A DNA stretch of 64,000 nt from Bugula neritina (Eukaryota; Animalia; Bryozoa). The notes below the pieces were generated by a model. That model ran no database searches. It saw only the letters and a program-made list of their open reading frames with translations, and was not told where the DNA came from. Positions within the stretch are counted from its first letter, which is position 1. Each line of letters begins with the position of its first letter. Where the stretch lies: contig OZ037767.1 of NCBI GenBank assembly GCA_964035545.1, positions 8,132,581 to 8,196,580 on the forward strand, given 5' to 3'. A program made the translations under genes and the position numbers. Positions 12,785 to 25,300 of this stretch are shown here, one piece after another.

Positions 12785-15700
12785 ATGAACATTGATTTGA
12801 ACAAGATATGTGGCTCTATAGCTAGCACAGCCAATCACGTTGGACATCAAGTTGGACAATATGTTGATGCTCATGCTAGTGGTGGTTTATTGGTATGTAT
12901 GTCTGAAACATAATTTTTATATAAAATATTTTTCACCAATTTATTTACACCTTGTTTAGCAATTTTCAAGTGCAATATAATCTGTTTGATACTGACCTTT
13001 AATTAAAATAAAAGGATATAAGTTGTTAAAAGAATTTCTGTTGAATAGTTCTGCTGATATCTAGAGCTTGTCAACCCTCTATGGTCATACTATGATAATT
13101 TAATGGAATAGGTCAAGTTGCTTCCTCATATATTTCTAGTTGCTGTGAAAGTTAATATAGATACCATACATACATTCAAATTTTAATTGTAGAGCTTTTT
13201 TGCCACTGGCAATATAGTGTGCCTCGTAGCAAAGTGGACTGGCAAGGCCTTACAAATTGTTCAAAGTTCACAAGGTTATCTTGTACCAGATGGTTTGGGA
13301 ATAGAAGGGCCTCAGGCTTTCAACAGTGAGTAAATTTCTATTTACTGATGCAAAAATAAATAAATGTTTAGTTATACTGATTGACTTTCTGTTAAATACA
13401 GCAAGGTAAATCATCTGCATGGGTTTTTTGTTTGTTTTTTGATTAAATTTTGAAATTCTGTTTTGTACTACTTTACTGGTTTTTTATCATTCTACTACAA
13501 AATTAACCACAGAAAAGCTAAAGTTGTATGGTTTATTTGAACTGTAGTTTTCAAGTAATCAAATTGTAAAAAAATGTTTAAGCATATTTTTATGACATGC
13601 CCCAAAGTGCAACTTTTCAGTGTAGGTTTATGGAACCGGCCTAAGTCTGACTTCTTTGCCTGTGGGGTATTAAATGTACAGAATAAGTGATTTTAGAAAA
13701 AAAGAATAGACTTGGCACACAGCAGTTTATTAGCACTTTTAAGCCAAAATTATCTCAACTTGCAACTAAAATGAGTGTCTTGTGTAACAGTGTTATGCTG
13801 TCTGCTGTAGCCCATTGGACAGTGATTAATGAAGGAAATAACATTGTGAGATTACATAATAACAACAACTATTTATGCATCAATGCTGCCCAGATTATGG
13901 TTATTCCATCGGTAAGTCTAATTTACATCTGATAACATAAATTTAGGAGTAGGAAGTTAGTTTGTAAATATAGAAGTAAAAAAATTGAAATTTATCACTA
14001 TAATAAAATTTATATGCTTGGTGAATTTTGAATTTCATAATGTATTTGTTTTTTAAACATTATTTTTAAAATGCCACATTTCTTGTGAGACTTTGTTAAA
14101 TTTTCTGTATGAGATTACATTAGCCTATATCAAATTCCTTAAATATTTGTTTGCAATAAAATCCGTCAATATTTTTATTAGTTTTTGATGTTTGTTCTAT
14201 GTTATTTCAATCATCAATTGTGCAAATGGCGCTAGAAAACGTTCATATTGCTGTCCATAGTTTAGTCACTAACTGAATTTGTTGTTGTTGTTGTTATTCA
14301 TACGTAATGTGTTGGACTGCTTTTCTAACATGTCTAACCTCTATATACTTAGTCATTCTAGTCTCATTGTACAGCTGCATCTCCGAGATAGAGATTATGT
14401 GTACCAATGTTTGAGACTTTTTCTCTTGGAATTATTTTTATAAAATTGAAAAAGATTAGATTGCTTTTATTGACTGAGAAACTTGACTTTAATCTTACTT
14501 ATATTGTCTGTCAAAATAAGCATGAACTTTTCTACTCATCTCTTTCAGTTATCTTTGTACCATTATTCTGTTTGTTGCTGCAGCCCAGCGGAGTGCCTTC
14601 TGGCTCAGAGACTAAGCTCAGGGTCTCACAAATAGGCAACGCTCACATCACCCTAGAGTCGGTTAAGGAGCCCGGCAACTTTGTAGCAATATCCCAGACA
14701 GGGGCGCCTGCCCCTGGGACTGGAGATTCTGTGGCTAAGCAGTTCACACCTAGATTGCTGGTACAGTATATTACTAGTCTCTCCTTGCATAACATGTGTA
14801 TCTGTTCTCTCTCACAATGTCAAGTAAATTATCCGCCACCTGCGCAGGACCACGGCGAAAGCTGACCAAAGGTGACGAAATAAGTTATCATAGATTTTGT
14901 GATTTTTTATAGGGCATGAATCATTTCACTTGATTTAGTGCACTTTCGCAAATTAAGACCAAAAGTTAAGTTTCGTTTAAAATTCACAAGCATTTAGCAT
15001 TCGGCGGTATTTTTATATTCTGGTTTCAGATTGTGTGTGTAAAATAAAAACTGAAAAAGGTCTTGACAACTGCATTGTCACTTTTTCAAATTAAAATTTG
15101 GTTTTGGATAGTCTCAACTATTTTGTTAAATTTATTTGGCTTGTCTTATGGCTGTCAGGTAAAAATATTTGTTTAGTCCGTCTCTCATTTGAAAAATTAA
15201 AAACTGCACTACTTCTAGATTATAAAATAAAACTTATAAAATTATATTGACCGGCCTTTTTCGATACCTAAATACAGTTCGCTAACCATGATGCAGAAAT
15301 CATTACTAAACTTATATTTTTATTGAGAATCCTAAAAAATGCAAGATGATTGAAAATATTTTATTGCTCAGCTTTCTTGAAATCAGGGGAAAAATAGCAA
15401 TATTAGCAGCTATAATTTTGTGAAATGGATGAAAAATATGTGTAGTAATTTACCAATCTGCTTGCTTAAACTAATTTGTCAAAAAGAAGATTTCTTTGTT
15501 GGGGGTTTTTATTAGTTGTGCTGCCACTCTTAGAGAGTTTTATTTAAGCCAATATTTCTGCTGTGGTGAATATAACTGTTTTCGAGGATCACACTTTAAG
15601 GAGGTCTACAGCTGTGTGTAATGGCGATTAATGGTAAAAGGACATGGTTATGCAATATATAGGCTGGCGAGGATAAGTTGGTAGTTGTTGCTTCAAAATA

Positions 15701-15946
15701 TATTTTTTATCCTGATTAGAAAGTCATGTGAAAAAACTTCAGAGATAACTTAGATGTGGTTTTTATTGGTTAATTGTGATTGAATTTATGTTTCATTTTT
15801 ACTGGTTTTATGAAAGTTATGGAGGATGTTGATAGAAAGTTAAGCAAGTTTTCAGGTTTTTATTAAGAACTTTAAGAGGAATCTTTTCATTTCAGCATTC
15901 ACCATATAGAGCCACACATGTTCGACCTCACGCCTACAGGATATAG
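12785..15946 (+). CDS. Uncharacterised 189-aa protein with no signal peptide; probable beta-trefoil (IL-1/FGF/fascin-like) fold
   Basis: Five phase-consistent exons: 12785-12892, 13193-13325, 13811-13911, 14584-14760, 15896-15946 (TAG). Three beta-rich pseudo-repeats: NIVCLVAKWTGKALQI, NIVRLHNNNNYLCI, HITLESVKEPGNFVAI. The fold is inferred from the motif pattern. Confidence 0.75.
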
Positions 15947-16629
15947 GTGCCCAGACAAACTCATCACTGCCACTTCTTCTTGGTCCAGACTATCAGTACC
16001 TCTACACTGGGAACTTTATTGTCCATATTGCCATTATTTCTATATTTTCCTTCTTCTTTTGAGTTCGAAAGTTAAAAATTTCAATAGCATGCTGTTTATT
16101 TTCACTAGAGATTGTAAGACTTTTGCTAAGCTGCTGCCCGGTATTATCAATCTGTCTTTCACATGTATTGTATTTTTATATTTTGTTTAAGCTTTACACT
16201 TTAAAATACATATTGAGCAAGTTTAGTTCCAACTCCTAACTTGTATTATACATTTCTTTGGTCTTCTGCTATTTCTTTGAGTAGGAGACCAAAAAGATCC
16301 TTTGGATGCTTGTCCTGAAGTTGACCCTAAATGAAACCATAAATCTGTTTTTGTTAGGATGGTAACAATGCTAGCAGTGCTATCAATTTCTCTTTGAATG
16401 TCAAAATGTTAGCTTTGCTCACCCTTTTTCTAGCTAATTAATCCAGTGGAGAGATTTAATGTCTTTAATTTATGAAATTGATAATTAAATGGTGATGTGT
16501 AATTCACCCTGCATGGTAGCAGATGGTGGTTAGATGGCTGGTAGTTGTGTAGAGCTATTAGCTGTATCTGCTACATCATGTTACATCATTCTGACTATTC
16601 TTGCACATCATCTACTGCTGTTACTCCTA

Positions 16630-16690
16630 GACTATATCAGCTGCTGAAATAATGTACAGTATTCAGTGATGAATTGTTTCTTGCTGGAAA
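16630..16690 (+). promoter_or_regulatory. Predicted core promoter of the peroxidase gene
   Basis: TATA-like CTATATC about 30 nt upstream of Inr-like GTATTCAGTG (16659-16668). The same GTATTCAGT core occurs at 11469. Confidence 0.35.
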
Positions 16691-19598
16691 ATGGGGTTTT
16701 CCAAGGTATGTAAGCTATTGTTTTACTCATATTCTTTAAAGCAGTTGTCTTTACTATCGAAATTGAAAAAAATGTATTTTAATGTTTATTTTTATTGCGT
16801 TTATGCAACATATGGATGATGAAATGCTGTTCTCCTGTAGGTTTTGTCTGTACTGGTAGTACAAGCTATCTTTACACTCTGTATAGTTGATGCTCAACTT
16901 ACAAAAGCAGATGTTCATGATATAAAAAGTCTATTAGCTGATATGATGCGTGAAGATGTGGAAACAAATGCTGAATTCAATTTAATTGGTGGATGTTTGA
17001 GGTTAATGTTTCATGACTGCGTTGGTGGAGAAATAGATGGGTGCATCCAGCTTACAAACCCCAGTAATAGAGGTAAGTAGCTCACATCCCCAGACGAGTT
17101 CACAGCCTATAATTGAGCCATTTTGGAACTTTCAGTGCAGTTGTTATTTACAACAGTATTCATGTATAGGACATTGTTTTGCAAATGTAGAAGCGGATTA
17201 CTTTTAATAAAACCAACTAAAATACTCAGCCCATTTTGATAATTGTACTGGGTAAATCGTAAAATTTAGTCATTGGAAATATTATGCAGTCACTATTATT
17301 GATCAGATATTTTTCTTTTATCAAAAAGATGAAATGCTAAAAACTTGTTATACTTTCAGCTCATCAGTATATTGTTTCAGGTTTAGAAGTTTATATTGCG
17401 AGGCTTGAAGATGCTAAAATTTTTCAAAATTGGGACATCTGTAAAGCTGACCTCTTTGTTTTGTGTGGCTATACGGCTCTGGAGGTGGCAGCAAATAACA
17501 CAGGTGTGTGTATTCTGTCAACTGTGTTAGCCCTGAAAAAAGTCTACTTGTAGCTTTAGCACAATGTTTACTCTCAAGCTACCAACGTCTGTGTTATTGT
17601 ACATTTGTTGGTCATCTAAACAATGTCCTTTTTTAAATAGTTTGCTGAAAAAGTTGAAGTGGCGTAAACATGTTCCAGTGTTAATGTAAGCATTAGACTC
17701 AGTAATAGCTCATATAAAGAGCCTAAATTGTTATATATGACTCCTACTAAACAAGCAACTGTTTGCAGGGAATCCGGCTGTCACAGCTATTGTTAAAGAT
17801 AAATTAAAATATCAATTCGGGCGGAAAGACACCACTGGCACTTGTCCAAGTCGCACTTTTCCTGACTTTACGCTGAATCCCACAGGCTATCTCAGGAAGA
17901 GGAAGAATTTCGCCAACCTTACTCACAGTCAAGCGGTAGCTCTCCTAGGTGGGTTTATTTTTAATAATATATTATTATATGCAGTATGTGTATTTACATC
18001 GTGTTAGTGTATGTAACCTGAAGAGTTTATACATGTATTCTTTTTCAGTCTCTCTGCGGTAGAACTGTCAAGTAATTTTTTACCAAGTTTCAAAATCCAA
18101 AGCAACAAAACTCAAATTTGCAGTTTTTGACCATATTCAACTCCACAGTTATAGCTTTTTGTTAGATGTTGTTAGAAGAAAGAATGTTAATTACTTATAT
18201 TTCAAAGTATTTATTTGATGGTTACATCAAGAAGAAAGTTTTACCATCACCAAATTTGTTGACAGATAAACTATGCATGAGCACTTTCTTATTAAAACCC
18301 TTGTTGAATGCTTGAGAAGGGCTTATTTTACAATTTATAAAGTAAAATCATTGCAAAGCAAATTTTAAACCTCCAGAAAGCTTGCTGGAAAGTTCAGTAC
18401 TGAATTTTTCCAGCATAATATGTCCTCACACTGTAGATAGAAACTTTTTATATGAGAGAAAATCTCTAAAGCACGCTACTTGTTGGTGTAAATATAATAA
18501 AGCACGTCCCCTCAGATATTTCTCTTCACTATATTTGTTACCAGGTTGCCACTCAACTGGGAGAGCTCATGTAGAGTCTTCAGGCTACCGTCACTCATGG
18601 GTGGTTGACAACACGGCCCTTACTAACGACTATTACCAGCTACTCTCCAACACTTCACTGGATTGGCATGTGGCATATGTAACTCATGATGGTGTGACGA
18701 AGTAAGAAAATAGATTGAGTTGTCTGATCTCACTCTTTAATTGTTCAATAGATGCGCATCAATTATGTTATTTAGAATTATATCCTTGTATAACAATGTT
18801 CCAATTTTGTCTCGTTTTTAAGTGTTTAAGCTATGTACTAGTCTGTACAAATGTATATTGTGCTCTTAAATCTCTATTATATTTTGCGCGTGTGTCACAG
18901 GGTGCAATGGGAATTGAATACAGGCACAAAGACTATCATGTTACTCCATCAAGACGCATCTCTGTGGTACAAAATAAAATTGGGCAATGTAAGTTACAAG
19001 TATAGCACTACACCCAATATTTTGATAGCAACTAAGTGGCATTAAGAACTTATGTGTTTGGTCAAAGGAAAAAATTTTTTGTATGAGTATTTATACACTA
19101 ATAGCAATATTTTAGATAAAATATTTACTGCAATACCTATATATGATTATAATAAAAATGCATAGCCTAAAATAACTAAGTAATTTTCTTTAACTTTCAT
19201 TCAATTTTTCTTTCTTTTTTGCATGCTAGAAATTTGACAGCTGTACAATCTTTTTGATACTTTTACAATTGTGAACTGCTTGCACCAGCTGTATCACCTA
19301 GCAACCTGTACAGGCCATTCCTTGCGCAGCATTAAACCAGCAAATTGAGCAGACAATTTCCATTTGACTGATCTATATCAACCTGTCTATGTTGCAGGGC
19401 GGTGTGCCTAAATGTGGCTATCCCGGTAGTGCTAGTTCTCCGGATTTTCCCAGATTACCAGAATGCGCCCCAGCAGCTGAGAGGGAGTTTGTAAAAGCCT
19501 TCAGAGATGACCTGTTACTGTGGGTCAGAGAGCTGTGTGACGGCATCATGATAATGACCACAGTGGCAGAAAGCAATCTCACTGATCCTTTTGACTAA
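16691..19598 (+). CDS. Secreted heme peroxidase of the peroxidase-catalase ('non-animal', ascorbate-peroxidase-like) superfamily, 331 aa
   Basis: Seven exons: 16691-16705, 16841-17072, 17381-17503, 17769-17948, 18545-18701, 18901-18988, 19398-19598 (TAA). Signal-peptide-like MGFSKVLSVLVVQAIFTLCIVDA. Distal motif LRLMFHDC, then DGCI, NRGL, KADL, FGRKD. Proximal motif AVALLGCHSTGRAH, then SGYRHSW, LTNDYY, MLLHQDASL. Confidence 0.9.
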
Positions 19599-20127
19599 CA
19601 TCAGCACAGTTTACTGACTCGGTCTTTTATTCTAGTAAACTATTGATGTTCAAATAATCTCTTGTTTGATAAAAAAAATTGTTAATTTATTCATATAATC
19701 ATAAGTGATCGCATATTTTTGTAAGACACTTAAAGCTAATGCATGAAGCATTGTTGCTGAGTGTAGCAGTGCTGACACATGAAATACGTTTAGGTAACGC
19801 TGCCGTAGCCTAGTATGGACTTTTTAGCTTTTGTATTGTCAACATTTCATTAATTTGGGAAATTCTATCAATCATCAGCATCGAAATTGTACAACTATTG
19901 AATTTGCATATAATAAGGTAATAACTGTATCGCAATTTTTAGAAAACTTCAATGATGTTACTGCTCATATTAGAATATTGACTTTTATTATTTACATAAA
20001 TTTACAAAATATGTATTTATATATTTTAAAACAAAATAAAAAGCATGTTACTGAATAGGAAGGCAATGCTAGGCTATTTATACCAGTGGATCTATAAACA
20101 GCTGTAACTAATAGTCCAGGTACTTGT

Positions 20128-23100
20128 CTATAGTATGAGTTCCTCAACTACTGTGCTCTTTTTAGCTGGAGGTAAAAATGCCTTACTGTGAATAGTTTCA
20201 ACTACGCCTGCATTATTTTCAGGATTAAAGAGAAAATAGTTATTGTGTGGAGCATCTTTCTGTGAAACAGCCTGTAAAACAAAATATGTAAAACAATTTA
20301 CTCCCTACAGAACATACGTTTTATTTACTTTGGACGACAATGTTGCATTGTAGCCCAAAGCTATTTTAACAACTTTACCATGCTTAGTTTAGCAATGCAA
20401 AATGACATGCCCTATACTCAAAGGAAGACAACTCCCTACAAACAATTGAGCAAATTTTTTTTCATGAACGATATTACGTAACTTTGACAGTGAAATAAAA
20501 ATAGAATGCCCCTTTTCAAGCAACATAAAAGAAATTCAATTTTTTACAGTTTTATTAAAGGAATTCATTTGCAATTATTTTCTTAAGCTACTGCTACTCA
20601 TTCTTTCATTTAATTTAAAAACTATTTTAAAGCAATTTCACAGCATGTCAGAAAAAAACTATAATATTTACTAAAACTGAAAGCTGATTACTACCTTTAA
20701 AATTTCTTGACCCAATACTCCACCAATGACAGCACAAACTGGACTCATCTCAGGAGTGCAAGCCATGCTACAAGTAAATATAATCATTGAACTTGAAATT
20801 GTCTCCTACTGTAAAATACACATTAAAATAGTGAACTCATGACAAGAAATAAGCACCCTGCTAATTGGGTTCTCTTTTAAAGATTACAAAATTAGCAAGT
20901 CTGCACCAAGATAAAAGATCTATGAGTATTTGGAAACCAAGTTATATTCCATGTCTAAAGTTGAGTACATGTAGCCTAAATAATATAAACATTAGGCATA
21001 TTTATGTACCACAATGTAATATACCTACCTGGCAGTAAAGTTATCCAGTAAGAGTGAAGGATCTAACTTTAGATTAGTCATAGTTTCTGTACATTGAGCC
21101 ATCAGCTTGTCAATGTCTGCCATCTTAGGTTTGTGGCCCGATTTTGTTGAAAATTCCAGTAGAGCTGCATTAAACAAATGCTTGTCAAAAATGATTATTT
21201 AAGAAAATAATATAAAAAAATAAAATAATTGTAGTATTCTGGGTTGGAGGTTTCACTGGAAAATCAGCCAGGAGATATAAAACTCAGCAGCCCACAGCTT
21301 ACATCTAGTAATGAAGTAAATGTGTGAAGTTTTCTTCAGCTGTTTAGGAGTGAGGGTTGACCAATCAACTGATAGAGTTGACTTGAAGCTCTCAAAGTGG
21401 CACATATTTTTCACCGTCACAGTTTCTGTTTCGGGTTTTGAGTTGGAAGAATCGAGACGTCGCTGTTTAGCTGCAGTTGGTCCGTTGGACGTGTCAGACT
21501 TTGAAACTTTAATTTCTCTTGAAATAAAATACAAAACTTAGCAATTAAGTTTTATAAGGCCAAGAGCGGAAAAACGCAATAATGTATGAAAAATAACAAA
21601 TTCATACATTAGTGAGTTTTCGTGGTTTGAAACAATTCCTCAAAATTGGTGTATTGGAATAAAAATCAAATAGATATTCAATTGTGGCAATAGCTAAATA
21701 CTCCACAAACCTAAATGAGTATCTTTTAAAGATAGCAACAGAAAATAAAACTTATACTCAAAAATCAAACAAAGAGAAAGATTCAATTTTTCTACACTGA
21801 TATGCTAGGATCAACTACTCAGATGGAAAGATAATCCATGAAATCTCAAATTATACAGTACTGAGACAGTCTACTCACTCTGCATACTCGTGCGTTCCCA
21901 GGTCTGAGAACATGAAGCCATAAAAACCAAACACTGATCCGCAAAAGAACTTGACTTTATGTTCTCTACAGATGCCGTTAACACGAGTGAGTAGCGCAAT
22001 GTCTACACTCGACATGCACACTATGTGGAATTGTTTGAAGAACTCCACATCTTTATCCTTGACACTGGAAACATCAGCCGTGACCTTGACCAAAGGGTTC
22101 AGCCTCCGAATAGCATTCAGTGAAGCCTCCGCTACCTGGAAGATAGTAAGAAACATTGCTAACAACACCCGCAAGATTCAGATTAGATGAGAAACTGAAA
22201 CCAAAAAAGTTCCTTATGTGGTTAATTCAAAACAATACCGAAGGCAAAACAAAAATGAACAAACATTTTGAGGAAAGTTGGTAAAGAAATTATCACAGGT
22301 TAATCTGCTCTATGCTATTGACTCACTTTCTATAGAATTACTACTGCATAAACTATAATTTGAGAAGATCGCATTGTGAACAGATTTTGTGAAAGTTATT
22401 TAAATATCATGTGTGGATATACTAGAGTCTAAATTTAATGGAATAGTAAAAGATGGACACCTAAAAGAGTGTATGAATGAGCGTACCTTTTTACCGAGAT
22501 GATCAGAACTAACCACAAACATAGCACTTAGATGGTCTTCTGTTACCTATAACATAAATCCAGAATAAATTTTGTAAGATAAGTGAATTGCACTTTTGTG
22601 TATCCAACAAGAAAAGATTTAAACGAAAAAAACATGCATAATATACTTTTCAATGCATAGAGTATAGTTACACAATTATTGTTTTGGCTGAAATTGCTAA
22701 GTAAAATATACTTTTAGTAGCCTAATTACTCATGATTAATCGACAAGCGAAGGTCTAATCAAATCCTGGTGTCGCTTTAAGCTCCATAAGCATGACACTA
22801 ATGGTGTACATCTACCTTGATAGACATAATATAATCAAAAGGTTTGGACGGAAAATGTATACTAAAAGTGGATTACTAAGATTCAAAAGTAACCTGCAGC
22901 ATTATTAAAAGCTTACCTCTGCATCATCCAATATTGTCAGAGAATTTATACCAGCTAATACAATGTTTTTCATAACTTCTCCAGTCAAACCATTAACTCC
23001 AATAACCAGCACATCTGACGCTCGCATTCTAAATAATTAATTAATTTTATTTCGATTGTTACTCTAGCCCTAAAATCACTAGACAATTTTAGATAATGTC

Positions 23101-23628
23101 ACATGCACTAAAAAGTAAATCATGACACTAAAGAAATATGACAGCTTTATAATTATTAGTTTGGCCAGGAATATGCAAATTATGCTAACAGTGAGCAGCT
23201 CTGGACAAGACTGAAAAACTGGTGGTTCAGGTGCAGACTTTCCATTCACAATATAGTTGAGACAAAAATTAAAAATATAAATACAAATTGTGAACAAAAA
23301 AATTAGCTAAACAGTTAAAATTGAAAGTTCTATGCAAAAAATACAAGCGACTGGAATTATAACAGGCACTCACTCAAAAATATTTTAGAACTGGTTTCAG
23401 AAATATTTTGCAAATCTACTGCATTACCAAAAGAAGCATTATTTAACAGACACATCAAATCACAACTACTCCTAACACAATCATAAAGAAATATACTTAC
23501 ATAGAATAAAGATACAAACACAGGTTGATATAAAATAGAGCTCACCGTTTCTGAGCATCAAGCCCCCACAGACGAATTTGACGATCATACAAAGCCGCTT
23601 CATCTTCGGTGATGGCTCGTGATGACAT
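20128..23628 (-). CDS. SAE1: SUMO-activating enzyme subunit 1 (Aos1), 359 aa
   Basis: Eight exons (minus): 23628-23546, 23028-22917, 22546-22487, 22135-21879, 21517-21303, 21164-21029, 20767-20695, 20271-20128 (TAG). Motifs ITEDEAALYDRQIRLWGLDAQKR, KNIVLAGINSLTILD, LNPLVKV, FGFYGFMFSDLG, SPVCAVIGGVLGQEILKAVSQKDAPHNNYF. Confidence 0.95.
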
Positions 23629-24399
23629 TCTATTTTTATCTTTTCTCTGCAATAAATGCTAAATATTTCCCAAAACTGCTTTAAAAGTTGAGAATGATTA
23701 TTGAAAAAAATGAAGCTACAGGAGTAACTAACGAGAAAAATAATTAACATCGTACAATAATTGACCATAAACAATCATTTCTAGATGCAGTTTAGTGTTT
23801 TAATTGGAAACATTAAAATTCCACATTATATTAGATTAGAATTAAATATTCAGACAATAGATTACAATAAAAACATATTAAATTTTTGATTGGGACTGGA
23901 AAAACATCATCTTTTGTTTTTACAAAAGTATTTAGACATTAAAAATTTAACAAATATAACAACAATCATAATCATAATAACAAGCAAAGCTATTAGTTAA
24001 AGTACACATTTAATTTCAAGCTGATACAGCTGTTGCCCATATTGAGAGTAAAAGAACCTGAAGTGTCATTATGATTGCGATTATCATTAAGGGTATCAGT
24101 ATACTTATCAGTTATCAACCATCACATTTACTCCAATTCTATGATAAAGATTATTTGTTGGACTATCGCCAAATATATTTTATAGCTAATTTAATGTGTA
24201 ACACTAACAGCATCCACTATCATACATCATTGGAGTTAGGATTTAGTAAATTAAATGGTTTAAATTTAACAGTTCAACAGTACTGAACAAGATCAAGTTC
24301 TATGAATTCCTTTAAGCAATTTCACCTTGAAATTGAGGCTTAGATTGAAAATAAAGCTCAACATGAATATAAACTCAATCACGATGATGAATGAATCAA

Positions 24400-25300
24400 T
24401 GAATACTAATAGTAATATGATTTAGATTATGATAAAGTTAAACTTGAAGATAGTCATAGTCACACTCAGTCTCATGAGACTCAGACTGAGTCATGACTCA
24501 CAGTCACTCAACCTAGTTTCAGAGCTAGTGATACTGATATACACTTGAATCAATGTCATAAGTCTTATGATTAGAGTAGATAAACAAAAAATTGAACTAA
24601 AACGTAGTTAAAACTTTAAGATTAAAACATATTGATATACTTATAGTACTAATAATACTACTATTAGTACGACTACTACTACTAGGTACAACGCCAACGG
24701 TATAAATATTAATAAGGTATGCTGATGAAGAAAAACCAAGGTCATCATCAGTGACCTTTTGTTTGTATCACGAGTCCAGTTTCATCTCGTTCTATTAAAT
24801 CTACCCACAATGCTGTTCGGCGTCTGACAACAGGAGTTTCGTTTTACCTCACTTTGAATTTAAATTTTATCTCAGCTCAATATTTTTACTTTGTTTATGA
24901 CCTATAAATTAGCGTTTCTAATATTAATTTTATTTGTTATTAGCTAAATTTTTCTCTATTTTTTCTTGTAAAAATACACTTACTCTTGAACTAGCAGCGT
25001 ACACTCTTAGTTTATGGGTGAAGCTCTCGTTTAGGTTTAGAACATCATCACTTAAAGTTGATCATTATGATCATCACGGATCATCACCAAAGTTAACTGT
25101 CACTCACACTGAGACTGCTAGGTTAGGATTAAGTATTATTATTTAAGCTGTAATGCATAGAAGAGCTTGATTCTTACTTAACTTGGATTGCTTTAACAAC
25201 AAAAAAACTTAGTAACTATAAATCTTACTAATTACTAGATTTATAAACTGACACATCTACTTCTAGTTATACAAGTCAACGTAAGTAAAATAATGTTTAT
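24400..25300. promoter_or_regulatory. Probable bidirectional promoter region shared by SAE1 and CEP164
   Basis: The divergent ATGs are 2.17 kb apart and each is preceded by a splice acceptor (23647-23648 on minus, 25789-25790 on plus). Candidate 5'UTR donors are GAG|GTAAAA on minus near 24847 and AAC|GTAAGT on plus near 25280. A CpG-containing core lies at 24770-24840. Confidence 0.55.

Noticed and set aside
14826-15600. Possible TTAA-flanked DNA transposon remnants (also about 41900-42600, 46260-46800 and 49670-50110)
   Set aside because: The texture suggests old non-autonomous elements, but I could not define matching TIR pairs or TSDs by eye; a RepeatMasker or Dfam search is needed.
24719-24830. 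C/D-box snoRNA or hammerhead ribozyme (CTGATGA ... CTGA, hairpin AAGGTCA/TGACCTT)
   Set aside because: There is no terminal stem, the C box lacks the leading purine, it is antisense to the likely host intron, and hammerhead stems cannot be built.
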